A stretch of DNA of 64,000 bases. It comes from Roseibacillus sp. Lineage in GTDB: Bacteria; Verrucomicrobiota; Verrucomicrobiia; Verrucomicrobiales; Akkermansiaceae. Positions within the stretch are counted from its first letter, which is position 1. Every line of letters begins with the position of its first letter. Positions 48,156-57,567 of the stretch are shown here, in pieces. The stretch is from positions 315,668 through 379,667 of the forward strand of contig CBDEUM010000038.1 of the NCBI GenBank assembly GCA_965242925.1. Direction: 5' to 3'. The translations under genes were made by a program, and so were the position numbers. Under the pieces are notes generated by a model. That model made no database searches. It saw only the letters and a list, made by a program, of their open reading frames with translations, and was not told where the DNA came from.

Positions 48156-49203
48156 TCTCCTGGGCCTCATTGGCTTCAGTGCTTCTCTTGCCTGTGCCCA
48201 GCAGCAGTTTGGCCAGCTCGAGGGGGAGTTCAGGCTCAACGGAAAAGAGACCTGGAAGGCCTTCGAGCCGGTTCGCGAGGTCCTGCAGGCGAGCAGTGCG
48301 GTGATCTATGACGGATGGAAGTCTGTTGCCTATGGTGTGGTGGTCAGTGCAGACGGTTATCTGGTGACCAAGGCCAGTGAGATAGACAAGGTTGAGGAAA
48401 TCAGTGTGAGAGTCGACCGTAAGCATTTCAAGAAGGTGGAGGTAGTGGCGACCACGGTGGAGTGGGACGTGGCGCTCCTCAAGGTGGACGGCAAGGAGCT
48501 TCCTCTGGTCGAGTGGGCGGAAGCTGAGCCGGTGCATGGGACCTGGGTAGTGAGCAATGGGTCCACAACCCGGCGTGATCGGCGGGTGCGGGTCGGGATC
48601 ATCAGTGCCAACGCGCGCCAGGTCGGCGGGGGCCGCGCCCCGGTGGTGCTGGGAGTGACCCTGAAAATCAATGACGAAAGCGGGGGGCTGTCGATTGACA
48701 AGGTCCACGAGGGCTCCGGAGCGGACGAGGCCGGTCTGGAGTCAGGGGACATCATCCTCAAGGCCGACGGCATCGAGGTGAAGAGCATGGAGGACCTGCA
48801 GGAGGTGCTCGGGAGGAAGGAGCCGGGAGACAGGCTCACGCTCAGGATAAAGCGTGGCGAGGAAGACCAGGACCGCGAGGTGGAACTGAAGAAACGGGAG
48901 AGCGTTTTTGAGGAGGAGAAGACTCGAAATGACGCCATGAGTGGCCGCGTCTCTCAGAGGCGGAGCAATTTCCCCCGCGTGTTGCAGACCGACCTGCCGC
49001 TTTCAGTTCGGAGCGTGGGTGGGCCTCTTCTGGACCTTGAGGGGAAGTGCATAGGAATGAATATTGCCCGGGCCAACCGTTGTGAGACGTTCGCGATCCC
49101 GACGAAGGAACTGCGTGAGATCATCAGGGACCTGATGAATCCAGTGCAGGGGGAGGAAGGAGCCGATGAAGAAGAGGGATCGGAGGATCCGGAAGAGGAA
49201 TAA
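48112..49203 (+). CDS. HtrA-like protein with degenerate catalytic triad and PDZ inserted in the protease domain
   Basis: YGVVVSADGYLVTKASE (no His), DVALLKV, internal PDZ VLGV...GADEAGLESGD, then VRSVGGPLLDLEG (no nucleophilic Ser before GGP). Confidence 0.85.
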   Translation: MMKRWKSKWNWVRSSLLGLIGFSASLACAQQQFGQLEGEFRLNGKETWKAFEPVREVLQASSAVIYDGWKSVAYGVVVSADGYLVTKASEIDKVEEISVRVDRKHFKKVEVVATTVEWDVALLKVDGKELPLVEWAEAEPVHGTWVVSNGSTTRRDRRVRVGIISANARQVGGGRAPVVLGVTLKINDESGGLSIDKVHEGSGADEAGLESGDIILKADGIEVKSMEDLQEVLGRKEPGDRLTLRIKRGEEDQDREVELKKRESVFEEEKTRNDAMSGRVSQRRSNFPRVLQTDLPLSVRSVGGPLLDLEGKCIGMNIARANRCETFAIPTKELREIIRDLMNPVQGEEGADEEEGSEDPEEE

Positions 49204-49261
49204 AGCGGAACGGGTTTGGGAAAGGAGACGAGAGGGGAAGCTCCTGCGCGATTTGCCCGCT

Positions 49262-49522
49262 TCAGGCCTTTTCGAGGAGTTTTCGACTCTTCCGGATGGT
49301 GGCCTGACTCAGTTTTCCGTCAACGCGGCGGGAGTTGTCCACCAGTTGAATCAATTCGACGAGACCCTTTTCGGCAGCGGCAAGCGATTTCTTGGATCCG
49401 CCGTATTTCTTATCGCTGAAATACTTGGTAAACGTTGTTCCCGCCCGGCTCAGGCAGAGGCGCCATCCCTGAAAGGCGGTGGTCTCGTAGGTGAAGCGGG
49501 TGAGGTTGCGTTTCGATTTCAT
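49262..49522 (-). CDS. Small basic protein with AP2-like DNA-binding domain (86 aa)
   Basis: GWRLCLSRAGTTFTKYFSDKKYGGSKKSLAAA resembles the AP2 W...K.FS..KYG...A pattern. Confidence 0.65.
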   Translation of the reverse strand: MKSKRNLTRFTYETTAFQGWRLCLSRAGTTFTKYFSDKKYGGSKKSLAAAEKGLVELIQLVDNSRRVDGKLSQATIRKSRKLLEKA

Positions 49523-49782
49523 GGTCGCTACGTAAAAGAGCATATGGCGTGCCGGACGAGACAAGCCAATCTAAAAGTTGAAGGAAATGTTAGACGGGAT
49601 ATTTCCGCCTGTTAGGGACTGGGGGAGCGTTGAGAAGGGGGGGTGAATTTAGGGTTGCATTAGCCAGGAACATGTCCTTTATTTCCTGCCCGCGAGACTT
49701 AACAACCGCCGTAGGTCCTTCGGGCAGTCAGAAGTTCTGACAGCCATCTCGCCGGAGGGAAACCCGGCAACCCCATGAAATC

Positions 49783-50901
49783 ATGTCTGAAGCACCTGTT
49801 GCTGAAAACGAAAGCAGTAATGAGTCCATTCGGCTCGACCGGTTTGAAGTTCCGAACCGCCTGATCAAGAACGAGGATACCGCTACGGAGTGCTATGCTC
49901 AATTTGTGGCCGAACCGTTTGAAAGAGGATTCGGTCATACCATCGGCAACTCGCTGCGCCGTGTCCTGCTCTCTTCTCTGGAGGGAGCGGCCATCACTTC
50001 GGTGCGTATCGCCGGTGTGCAGCACGAGTTCTCCACTCTTCCCGGTGTGGTGGAGGATGTGACCGACATCGTCCTCAACCTGAAAAAGGTTAAGTTCCAT
50101 CACCACGACAAGGAACCCCGGGTTCTCTCGATCAAGGTGGAAAAGGCCGGGGTCGTGACTGCAGCTGATATTGACGATGACAATGTTTACGAGGTCATCA
50201 ACAAGGATCAGGTGATCTGCACGCTGGATCGCTCGGTGAAGTTTGACTGTGAGTTTGAGGTGCAGGTGGGGCGCGGTTTCCGGACCGGTGACGAAAACAA
50301 GCGGGAGGAAATGCCCATCGGGGTGATTGCGATCGATTCCATCTTCTCTCCAGTGACGAGGGTGAAGTACGAAGTGGAGAACACCCGGGTCGGCCAGATG
50401 ACGGACTTTGACAAGATCATATTCGATGTATGGACCGACGGGCGCGTGGAACCTCATGAAGCGCTTCTTCATGCGTCCGCTATCCTGCGCCATCATCTGG
50501 ATGTCTTCGTGAATTACGACGATGACGCGGTTGAATTCGAGGAGGCACCGGCCGAGCAAAGTGAGGAGAACGCGGCGCTCAAGAAGCTCCTGAACATGAG
50601 CGTGAACGAAATCGAACTCTCAGTAAGGGCGGCCAACTGCCTCAACAACGCGAACATTACTTCAGTGGGTCAACTCGCGATGAAGACCGAGGCTGAAATG
50701 CTGAAGTACCGCAACTTCGGAAAGAAGTCGCTCAACGAGATCAAGGACAAGCTCTCGGAGTTGGGCCTGAGCCTGGGTATGACCTTCGATCCGACCCTCC
50801 TGACCGGTCCCATGCCATCAGTGGCCGTGCCGCGTCTGGGAGTGGAGGACGAAGCGCCGGTCGGCCTCGCGGATCTGATTGCCCAGAATATCGACGAATA
50901 A
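49783..50901 (+). CDS. rpoA: DNA-directed RNA polymerase subunit alpha
   Basis: EPFERGFGHTIGNSLRRVLLSSLEG, IDSIFSPV, ELSVRAANCL and NFGKKSLNEI motifs. Confidence 0.98.
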   Translation: MSEAPVAENESSNESIRLDRFEVPNRLIKNEDTATECYAQFVAEPFERGFGHTIGNSLRRVLLSSLEGAAITSVRIAGVQHEFSTLPGVVEDVTDIVLNLKKVKFHHHDKEPRVLSIKVEKAGVVTAADIDDDNVYEVINKDQVICTLDRSVKFDCEFEVQVGRGFRTGDENKREEMPIGVIAIDSIFSPVTRVKYEVENTRVGQMTDFDKIIFDVWTDGRVEPHEALLHASAILRHHLDVFVNYDDDAVEFEEAPAEQSEENAALKKLLNMSVNEIELSVRAANCLNNANITSVGQLAMKTEAEMLKYRNFGKKSLNEIKDKLSELGLSLGMTFDPTLLTGPMPSVAVPRLGVEDEAPVGLADLIAQNIDE

Positions 50902-50922
50902 CCATCACCCTTAGTTATCGCC

Positions 50923-51339
50923 ATGAGGCATCGCAAAAAGACCGCGAAATTGCAACGGAACGCCAGTCAGCGGAGGGCTCTCCTCTCAGGCTTGGCCTGC
51001 TCCCTGATTCGCGAGCGCAGAATCCGGACAACCCTCGCCAAGGCGAAGGCCTTACGGCCGTTGGCCGAGCGACTGGTCACCCTTGGGAAGCGGGGAGATC
51101 TCCATGCCCGGCGACAGGCTGCAGGCTTCCTTCGGCAAAAGGAGGCGGTGAGCAGTCTCTTCGCCGATGTGGCCCCCGCCTGTAGCGACCGGCAGGGGGG
51201 ATACTGCCGGATCGTCAAGCTCGGTCCCCGTTTCTCGGACTCGGCTCCCATGGCCTACATAGAGTGGGTCGACCTCGCTGTGGAGGTGGGTGAGATAGAG
51301 GATGAAGAAAATGAGGAAAGTGAGGAGGCAGAGGAGTAA
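50923..51339 (+). CDS. rplQ: 50S ribosomal protein L17
   Basis: [24 protein letters not shown] and DSAPMAYIE motifs; follows rpoA. Confidence 0.97.
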   Translation: MRHRKKTAKLQRNASQRRALLSGLACSLIRERRIRTTLAKAKALRPLAERLVTLGKRGDLHARRQAAGFLRQKEAVSSLFADVAPACSDRQGGYCRIVKLGPRFSDSAPMAYIEWVDLAVEVGEIEDEENEESEEAEE

Positions 51340-51370
51340 GCCTCTTTATCTCAACATCACCTTTTCAACG

Positions 51371-51401
51371 AAGGCGCCCTCCCGAAGGAGAGGGCGCTTT
51401 T
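51371..51401 (+). terminator. Intrinsic terminator after rplQ
   Basis: Stem GCGCCCTC / GAGGGCGC followed by TTTT. Confidence 0.75.
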
Positions 51402-51544
51402 GTCATGAGCTCCGATGCCCGGGAGGAGAACGACAGAGGCGGCGGGAAACGGTCGCCAGTCAGCCCGACTGGGGAGAATCGGAGCGTGGTATGTGCAGGC
51501 TGAAGTTTGAGCAGGTATTCTTTCTGTATTTGCTGTGAAATCTC

Positions 51545-52009
51545 TCAGTCCCTGGAGATTTGAACGGGGGATCCAAGAGGCATGAGGTCGTAGAGCTCGG
51601 CGACATCGTTATTTTTCATGCGGACACAACCGTGGGAGGCGGGAGAGCCAATCCTGTCCTCATGATTTGTGCCATGGATATAGATGTAGCGTTGGTAGGA
51701 ATTGGAGTTGTTGTCCTCCAGTCCGTGAAGGCGGAGGATGCGGGCTAGGATGAGGTCTTCCTCTCCCGGGGCCTGATCGGGATTCCACTTTCCAGCAGGT
51801 TTGCGCTCCTTGAAAATAGTATGCAGGGGTTTTTCGCCTCCGTGTTTTTCGCAGATTTCAAAGGACCCGAGAGGGGTTTTGAAACTGCCTTCCTCGGTAC
51901 CCAGTCCGAATCTGGAGGTGGAAACCGGATAGGTTCTTAGAAGCTCATCCCCCTTCCAGACCTCCATGGTCTGTGTGGCGACCGTGACGCAAAGACGGAG
52001 GGAGGGCAT
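51545..52009 (-). CDS. L,D-transpeptidase (YkuD) catalytic-domain protein
   Basis: YPVSTS, KTPLG, IYIHGT and SHGCVRM motifs. Confidence 0.9.
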   Translation of the reverse strand: MPSLRLCVTVATQTMEVWKGDELLRTYPVSTSRFGLGTEEGSFKTPLGSFEICEKHGGEKPLHTIFKERKPAGKWNPDQAPGEEDLILARILRLHGLEDNNSNSYQRYIYIHGTNHEDRIGSPASHGCVRMKNNDVAELYDLMPLGSPVQISRD

Positions 52010-52022
52010 TCGCTGTTATGGC

Positions 52023-53018
52023 CTACTTGGGAGCCGGAGAAAGAGGACGTTCCGGGGTTGAGCAGGGAGCCGGAGCGGAGCGGTTGGCCGGTTTGGCTTC
52101 CAGATCGAGCTTCTCCAAAAGGGCAAGGTCGTTCTGAACAGCCGGGTTGGCAGCAGTAAGGAGCTTGTCGCCGTAGAAGATTGAGTTTGCGCCGGCAAAG
52201 AAGCAGAGAGCCTGGGCTTCATCGGAGAGGCAGGTGCGCCCGGCCGAGAGGCGGACGCGGGCCCGGGGGGTTGAGATGCGGGTGAGAGCAATAAGGCGGG
52301 CGAGATCGAATGCGTCGACCGGTTTGCCGTCGGCAAGAGGGGTCCCCGGCATGGGCATGAGCGCGTTGATGGGAATGCTCTCGGGTGGAGGGTTGAATTC
52401 TGAAATCACTTCCAGCATGCGCAGGCGATCCTCGACGGTTTCTCCCAGGCCGAGAATTCCTCCACAGCATACCGACATGCCGGCATCCTGCACGTGACGA
52501 ATCGTGTTGAGGCGATCCTGGAAGCTGTGGGTGGTGACGATGTTGGGATAGTTCTCAGGGGAGGTGTCGATGTTGTGGTTGTAGGCAGTGACGCCTGCCA
52601 GACGAAGGGCTTCGGCCTCTTCTGCCCCCAGTTCCCCGAGAGTTACGCATACTTCGATCTCAAGGGCGGCTACCCCGCGTACGATCTCAAGAACAGATTC
52701 GAATCCACGAGTGCCGGCCCTTACCCCTCTTCCCGCTGCACCCATGCAGAAGCGGGTGGACCCGTTTGCCTTGGCCAACCGGGCCCGCTCAAGAACCTGC
52801 TCCTTTTCCATGAGGCGCTCGGTATCCAACCCGGAGGTGTAGTGGGCTGATTGGGCGCAATAGGAGCAATCTTCCGAGCAGCCTCCTGTCTTGATAGAGA
52901 GCAGGGCGCAAAGCTGGACGCTGGAATCGCTCCAATGATTTTCATGCACCTCGCGAGCCTGCTGCAGCAGGGAAAAAAACGGTTGGTGGTAGAGTGCAGC
53001 AAGGTCAGCGTAGTGCAT
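52023..53018 (-). CDS. bioB: Biotin synthase
   Basis: IKTGGCSEDCSYCAQS radical SAM motif, YNHNIDTS, CCGGILGLGE, PESIPIN and GANSIFYGDKLLT. Confidence 0.96.
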   Translation of the reverse strand: MHYADLAALYHQPFFSLLQQAREVHENHWSDSSVQLCALLSIKTGGCSEDCSYCAQSAHYTSGLDTERLMEKEQVLERARLAKANGSTRFCMGAAGRGVRAGTRGFESVLEIVRGVAALEIEVCVTLGELGAEEAEALRLAGVTAYNHNIDTSPENYPNIVTTHSFQDRLNTIRHVQDAGMSVCCGGILGLGETVEDRLRMLEVISEFNPPPESIPINALMPMPGTPLADGKPVDAFDLARLIALTRISTPRARVRLSAGRTCLSDEAQALCFFAGANSIFYGDKLLTAANPAVQNDLALLEKLDLEAKPANRSAPAPCSTPERPLSPAPK

Positions 53019-53036
53019 GGTCGTCCTCAGCCTTGG

Positions 53037-53720
53037 TTAGCGGACCCACGTGCCAGTGACGTATGGCAGGCGTCCCTGGCCAACCTCGCTGTAGTTGGTT
53101 TTCCCGTTTGCACCGATGAGGCGATTGCCGATCTTCCGGCGCCAGACCTTGCTCATGCTCTCGCCGGTATGACACCCGTAGCTCTGGCAGATGGCCCCCC
53201 GGGAGAAGACGGATTTCCTGATCCTGCCGAGATCCCGCTGGTGGATCCAAGCCTTTGAGATGGCCATGATATCGTTGCTGTAGTCGAGCATGAAGGCGTA
53301 GCGATTGGAGTGGCCGAAATAGTCGAAGCTGAAAATGGAACGGGCAGGACGTTCGTTGATGGCGGTGATGGCCTGAGCTCCACTATCGATCCAGATGAGC
53401 TGGCAATTGCGTTTGTCGGCCTGTTCCTGGATCCAGACTGGATAGGATTTACCGTCAGCGTGGGCGCGGGAGAGATAACCGGGCCGGTAGACGATCCAGA
53501 TCAGCTTGGCTTCGCTGCCGTGCCTGAGCCGGATCTCAGCCATGCGGAGGGTGGAGGCGCGGATGAAGTTGGCCCACCACCGGTCATGCTGTTCGTTTGC
53601 ATTACGCAGATCCTCCCACTTCCGCAGGGCGGGACCTCCACAGAGGATGACGTGTTCCTGGACGGCCGCAGAGAGGCTGGTAAAGGGGAAAAGAACCGTT
53701 AGGAGGAGCACGAATCTCAC
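53037..53720 (-). CDS. Secreted hypothetical protein with possible His-Cys dyad (clan CD peptidase-like)
   Basis: GTG 53720 followed by a signal peptide; FDYFGHSN and CQSYGCHTG motifs. Confidence 0.65.
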   Translation of the reverse strand: MRFVLLLTVLFPFTSLSAAVQEHVILCGGPALRKWEDLRNANEQHDRWWANFIRASTLRMAEIRLRHGSEAKLIWIVYRPGYLSRAHADGKSYPVWIQEQADKRNCQLIWIDSGAQAITAINERPARSIFSFDYFGHSNRYAFMLDYSNDIMAISKAWIHQRDLGRIRKSVFSRGAICQSYGCHTGESMSKVWRRKIGNRLIGANGKTNYSEVGQGRLPYVTGTWVR

Positions 53721-54039
53721 GGGCTCAGAATGCGGCAGACGGGGCCGGGGGGCAAGGAGGGAGTCGTGGGAGTAATGGGGACAAGGAATTTCGCCCGGGG
53801 ACCGTAGGCGGGAATAGTGCTCGTCCGGAATTCGGGTTGAAACCCAGCCAGACAGCACACGATTGGAAGACTGGGTTTCTGTAGCGTTCTCTTGATCCAC
53901 AGCGGTGAAATTGAACTGTTCTGAGGATGCTCCATGGGCCAGTTCCACTCCGGGGAGCAGGCTGGCGAGAGGGCGGAAAGGGAACCCGGCGCGGTCGTCG
54001 ATTGACTGGGAAGCTTCCGCCCGTCACGGTGCCTGAAGG

Positions 54040-54477
54040 GTGACAATCCTGTTAACAAGTTTTTCAGAGGCGGAATCCGAAATTTGCACGATACGCAATA
54101 TAGTCTTCGGTGAGGAACAGAATGTTCCACCGGAGGTTGACTGGGATGGGAAAGACGAAAAGTGCCTGCATGCTCTGGTGCTGGGTGAAAAGGGTGAGGT
54201 GGTGGCTACGGGCCGCCTCGCTCCCGAAGGAAAAATTGGACGTTTGGCGGTTTTGCGCACCCACCGCCGGAGGGGTGCAGGAACCGGCATGCTACGGGCG
54301 TTGGTGGAGGCTGCGCGTGGGTGGGGGTTGGGGCAGGTGTTTCTCCATGCGCAGACACAGGCCCTGGGGTTTTATGAGCAGGAAGGCTTCCGGGTTCGTG
54401 GCGAGTCATTTTATGAGGCGGGGATCGAGCACTACTACATGTATCGGCATCTGGGTGATAATGGTGATCGTGCGTGA
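54040..54477 (+). CDS. GNAT family N-acetyltransferase (ElaA/YjcF-like)
   Basis: IRNIVFGEEQNVP, KIGRLAV, RRRGAG, LHAQTQALGFY and EAGIEH motifs. Confidence 0.92.
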   Translation: MTILLTSFSEAESEICTIRNIVFGEEQNVPPEVDWDGKDEKCLHALVLGEKGEVVATGRLAPEGKIGRLAVLRTHRRRGAGTGMLRALVEAARGWGLGQVFLHAQTQALGFYEQEGFRVRGESFYEAGIEHYYMYRHLGDNGDRA

Positions 54478-54592
54478 TTGCGAAAGCGGTCCCCGCCGTG
54501 CACGTCGGCAGGTGCAACGTTTCGCTGAACCGGCAGGATGAAAGTCCGGCCATGATGCCAGGGAGCGGCATCAGGAGTGAGGAGGAAGGGAA

Positions 54593-55738
54593 CTAGGTCC
54601 GTTTGCCAAGGGCTTTGCGGATGGACTCGAGGGCCTCCTCAAGGAGCACCTGGCTGCATCCGAAATTGAGGCGGGCGTGTCCGGGGCCACCGAAAAACCG
54701 GCCATCGGAGAGGAAAAGGCCTGCCTCCTCTTCGAGGAACCGGGCTGGTTCTGGGATCCCGGCAGGGCGGAAGTCGAGCCAAGCGAGGTAGGTGGCCTCC
54801 ATGTCCGGGATGGTCACCTTGCCGAGTTCCTCGCGGCAGAAGGCGGTGAGGAGATCACGGTTGGATCGGAGGTAGGAGATCAGCTCACGGCGCCATGACT
54901 CACCGTGACGATAGGCCGCTTCGGCGCAGTGGTATCCGAGGCAGGTGATCTCCGCCAGGATGTGTCCACGCTTGCTGGTAAAGCGGTGCCGCAGGCGTTG
55001 ATCCGGGATGACTGCGTAGGCATAGCCCATGCCCGCAATATTGAAGGTTTTGCTGGGAGAGAGGAGCGTGATGGTCCGAACGGCATATTTGTCCGGAAGC
55101 CGGAGAGCTGTGAAATGAGGCGTGCGTTCTTCATCCAGGATGAGATCACAGTGGATCTCATCGGATACCAGGATGAGATCGTGGCGGTCACAGAACTCGG
55201 CCAGTTGAATGATTTCCTCTTCTGAGAACACGCGTCCCAGGGGATTCTGGGGATTACTGAGAAGGAAGAGCCTTGTGTCGGGGGTGACCGCTGTCTCCAT
55301 GGAATCCCAGTCGAACACCCACTGATCATCCTCAAGAATGTGGGGGACGGTGATGAGTTCGAGGCTGGCATCACGGTGAATATTGAGGAAGGGCGGGTAG
55401 ATGGGCGTACATGTAAGGAGGGCGTCTCCGGGATTCGCAAATGCCCGGCCTGCGAGGGAGAGGGCAGGGACAAGTCCACCGAGATGGACGAGGTGATCGG
55501 CAGAGATGGATGCCCCATGTCGTTTTGCGAGGTAGGCGAGAATGGAGTCGACGAGGCCATCATGAGGCACAGCATAGCCGAAGACACCGTGGTCCACCCG
55601 GTGATGGAGAGCCTCGATCACTTCCGGCGGGGAAGGGAAATCCATGTCCGCAACCCAGAAAGGCTGCAACTCGGGGCGCTTGTCCCATTTCAGGGAGCCG
55701 GTTCCTCGCCGGCTGGGAGGGACATCGAAGGTGGACAT
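54593..55738 (-). CDS. PLP-dependent C-S lyase / cystathionine beta-lyase (PatB/MalY family)
   Basis: SLKWD, WVADMDF, HGVFGY, NPQNPLGR, SDEIHCDL, SPSKTFN and EATYLAWLD motifs. Confidence 0.93.
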   Translation of the reverse strand: MSTFDVPPSRRGTGSLKWDKRPELQPFWVADMDFPSPPEVIEALHHRVDHGVFGYAVPHDGLVDSILAYLAKRHGASISADHLVHLGGLVPALSLAGRAFANPGDALLTCTPIYPPFLNIHRDASLELITVPHILEDDQWVFDWDSMETAVTPDTRLFLLSNPQNPLGRVFSEEEIIQLAEFCDRHDLILVSDEIHCDLILDEERTPHFTALRLPDKYAVRTITLLSPSKTFNIAGMGYAYAVIPDQRLRHRFTSKRGHILAEITCLGYHCAEAAYRHGESWRRELISYLRSNRDLLTAFCREELGKVTIPDMEATYLAWLDFRPAGIPEPARFLEEEAGLFLSDGRFFGGPGHARLNFGCSQVLLEEALESIRKALGKRT

Positions 55739-55770
55739 GAGCGGGAGCGATAGGGCAGGGGGCGCAGATG

Positions 55771-56535
55771 TCAAATCATGTCCGGGGTAACCGCGAATTT
55801 GGCGGCGCAGCGAGGGCATTGAACGGTGATCGTTTCCTGGCCTTGGAAGAGCTCCTCAGGCTTGTCGCGCCAGGTTCCGAGCGCTGGCAGGACACGATTC
55901 AGGTCGCAGCCACAATCCCAGCGGAAGCGGCGAGTTTCCAGGAGACTGGTTTCCTCAGATTGCTCGAGTCGGGCGATGTCACGGGTGTCGACGGACGTGA
56001 ACCACTGCTCGTCATAGTCGGGCTGGGCCGCGAGAAGGACAAAGGTCTCGTCGGGCAGGCGGAAGGCCCGGCCTGGTCGTTGCTCGGAATGCTGGTAGAG
56101 CTTTTCAGTCCATTCAAGGGGATCGGTGGAAGAAACCTCCAGCGAACTGCGCCGCGACTCCTCCTCAGGGACGGTGGTCTGTGAATAGAAGATGTTGCGA
56201 TCTGTTTCGCGGACATCCTCGGTAAAACAGCGCCCGGTGATCTGCTGGTGCAGGGAGGAGCCAGTAGTGAAGAGGTTTATCCTTGGGGTGCGGATGTTGA
56301 CAGTCCAGGCGATGGTTTCTGCCAAGGGTCTCGCGACCAGGTGAAGGGTGAGCATGGCCATGGCACCCTTGAGGGTAGCGTCGAGGTCCTCAGGATAGCG
56401 TAACCCGTGCTGCATCAGGTGAAGATAGTAGTCTGTGTAAATGGGCGGGAAGCGGCCGCGGATCATGAGTACATTGCGGTGCCGGACGAAGATGGACTCC
56501 ACGCTCGCGAATTCCTCAGAAAGCTCGTGTTCCAT
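55771..56535 (-). CDS. hslO: Hsp33 family redox-regulated chaperone
   Basis: C-terminal zinc-binding CGC...CPRC motif with Hsp33 spacing. Confidence 0.8.
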   Translation of the reverse strand: MEHELSEEFASVESIFVRHRNVLMIRGRFPPIYTDYYLHLMQHGLRYPEDLDATLKGAMAMLTLHLVARPLAETIAWTVNIRTPRINLFTTGSSLHQQITGRCFTEDVRETDRNIFYSQTTVPEEESRRSSLEVSSTDPLEWTEKLYQHSEQRPGRAFRLPDETFVLLAAQPDYDEQWFTSVDTRDIARLEQSEETSLLETRRFRWDCGCDLNRVLPALGTWRDKPEELFQGQETITVQCPRCAAKFAVTPDMI

Positions 56536-56549
56536 GAGAGGGGCAGTGG

Positions 56550-57479
56550 TTAGAGAGGAAGTTCGGGCTCATGCTCCACTTTCAGGGGAGTGGCAGACTG
56601 CTGCCCCGGCTGGTCAGCGGAATCCTCCAGTCGTTCACGGGCAATCTGAATATATTGCTCATCGATCTCAAAACCAATGCAGGTGGCGATGTCCTGGTTG
56701 CGTGCGGCCAGGGCGGACGATCCGATTCCGAGGAAGGGATCGAGGAGGACGGTTTCTGAGCCCTGGCCGTGAAGCGTGATACACTGTTCTACGAGGGCCG
56801 GCGGGAAGGTGGCAGGATGTGGGCGCTGCCCCTCCCTTGACCGGATTGTTTCGTAGGGGATGAACCAGGTGTTGCCCCGGCAGCGGCGATCGACCCCCAT
56901 GGTGTGCTTCCATCGTCTGATGTTCGATTTGTCGGCATAGGGAACTCCGGCGGACCGACGATCGAGGGGAACGGACCCGTTTCTCGTGAGATGGAACACG
57001 AACTCGTGGCAGTCATTCACATATCGCTGCGAATTGATCGGCTTGAAGTGGCCTGCACTGATAATCTTGTCATTGCGGGTCTGAATGGAAATCGACTTGA
57101 TCCAGTGGAAGGTGTTCTGGAGCTTGAAGAGATCGGGTGCGGTCAGCGCAAGGAGTAGTTGGTGGGGCAGAAGCGGATTGCTGGGAGATCCGCCCAGATT
57201 CAGGAAAAAAGAACCGTCAGGGCGGAGGATTCTCAGGATTTCACCAGCCCAGTCTGCGCACCAGAGGAGGAAGGCTTCACGCGGGGAAGTGTCGTCATAG
57301 CTGCGATATTCGATTCCCAGGTTGTAAGGCGGGGAGGTGACGACCAGATCGATGCTCTCCTTTTCAAGTTCGGCCATGCCGCGGAGGCAATCGCCATGGT
57401 GGAGCTGGAATGAGGTTGGGATTGGTTTGAGGGAAATTGGTTCCCCTGCAACCTGTGGGGAGAAGGGTGGCTGGGGCAA
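56550..57479 (-). CDS. Amino (N4-C/N6-A) DNA methyltransferase, beta class, no adjacent endonuclease
   Basis: GDCL, IDLVVTSPPY (motif IV), HPATFP and LDPFLGIGSS (motif I), GFEID; IV-TRD-I order. Confidence 0.9.
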   Translation of the reverse strand: MPQPPFSPQVAGEPISLKPIPTSFQLHHGDCLRGMAELEKESIDLVVTSPPYNLGIEYRSYDDTSPREAFLLWCADWAGEILRILRPDGSFFLNLGGSPSNPLLPHQLLLALTAPDLFKLQNTFHWIKSISIQTRNDKIISAGHFKPINSQRYVNDCHEFVFHLTRNGSVPLDRRSAGVPYADKSNIRRWKHTMGVDRRCRGNTWFIPYETIRSREGQRPHPATFPPALVEQCITLHGQGSETVLLDPFLGIGSSALAARNQDIATCIGFEIDEQYIQIARERLEDSADQPGQQSATPLKVEHEPELPL

Positions 57480-57567
57480 GCCACTCTTTTGGTAATTGTA
57501 TAAACAACATTTAATCAGTTAGTTATAACTGAAGAGGACTTTGGTCCCGGATTTGGGTTGACCGCTG

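Noticed and set aside
53839..53879. BirA operator (GAAACCCAG...CTGGGTTTC) upstream of the bioB-containing run
   Set aside because: The 9-bp inverted repeat is real, but the arm sequence and 23-nt spacing do not fit the TGTAAACC-N14/15-GGTTTACA pattern.
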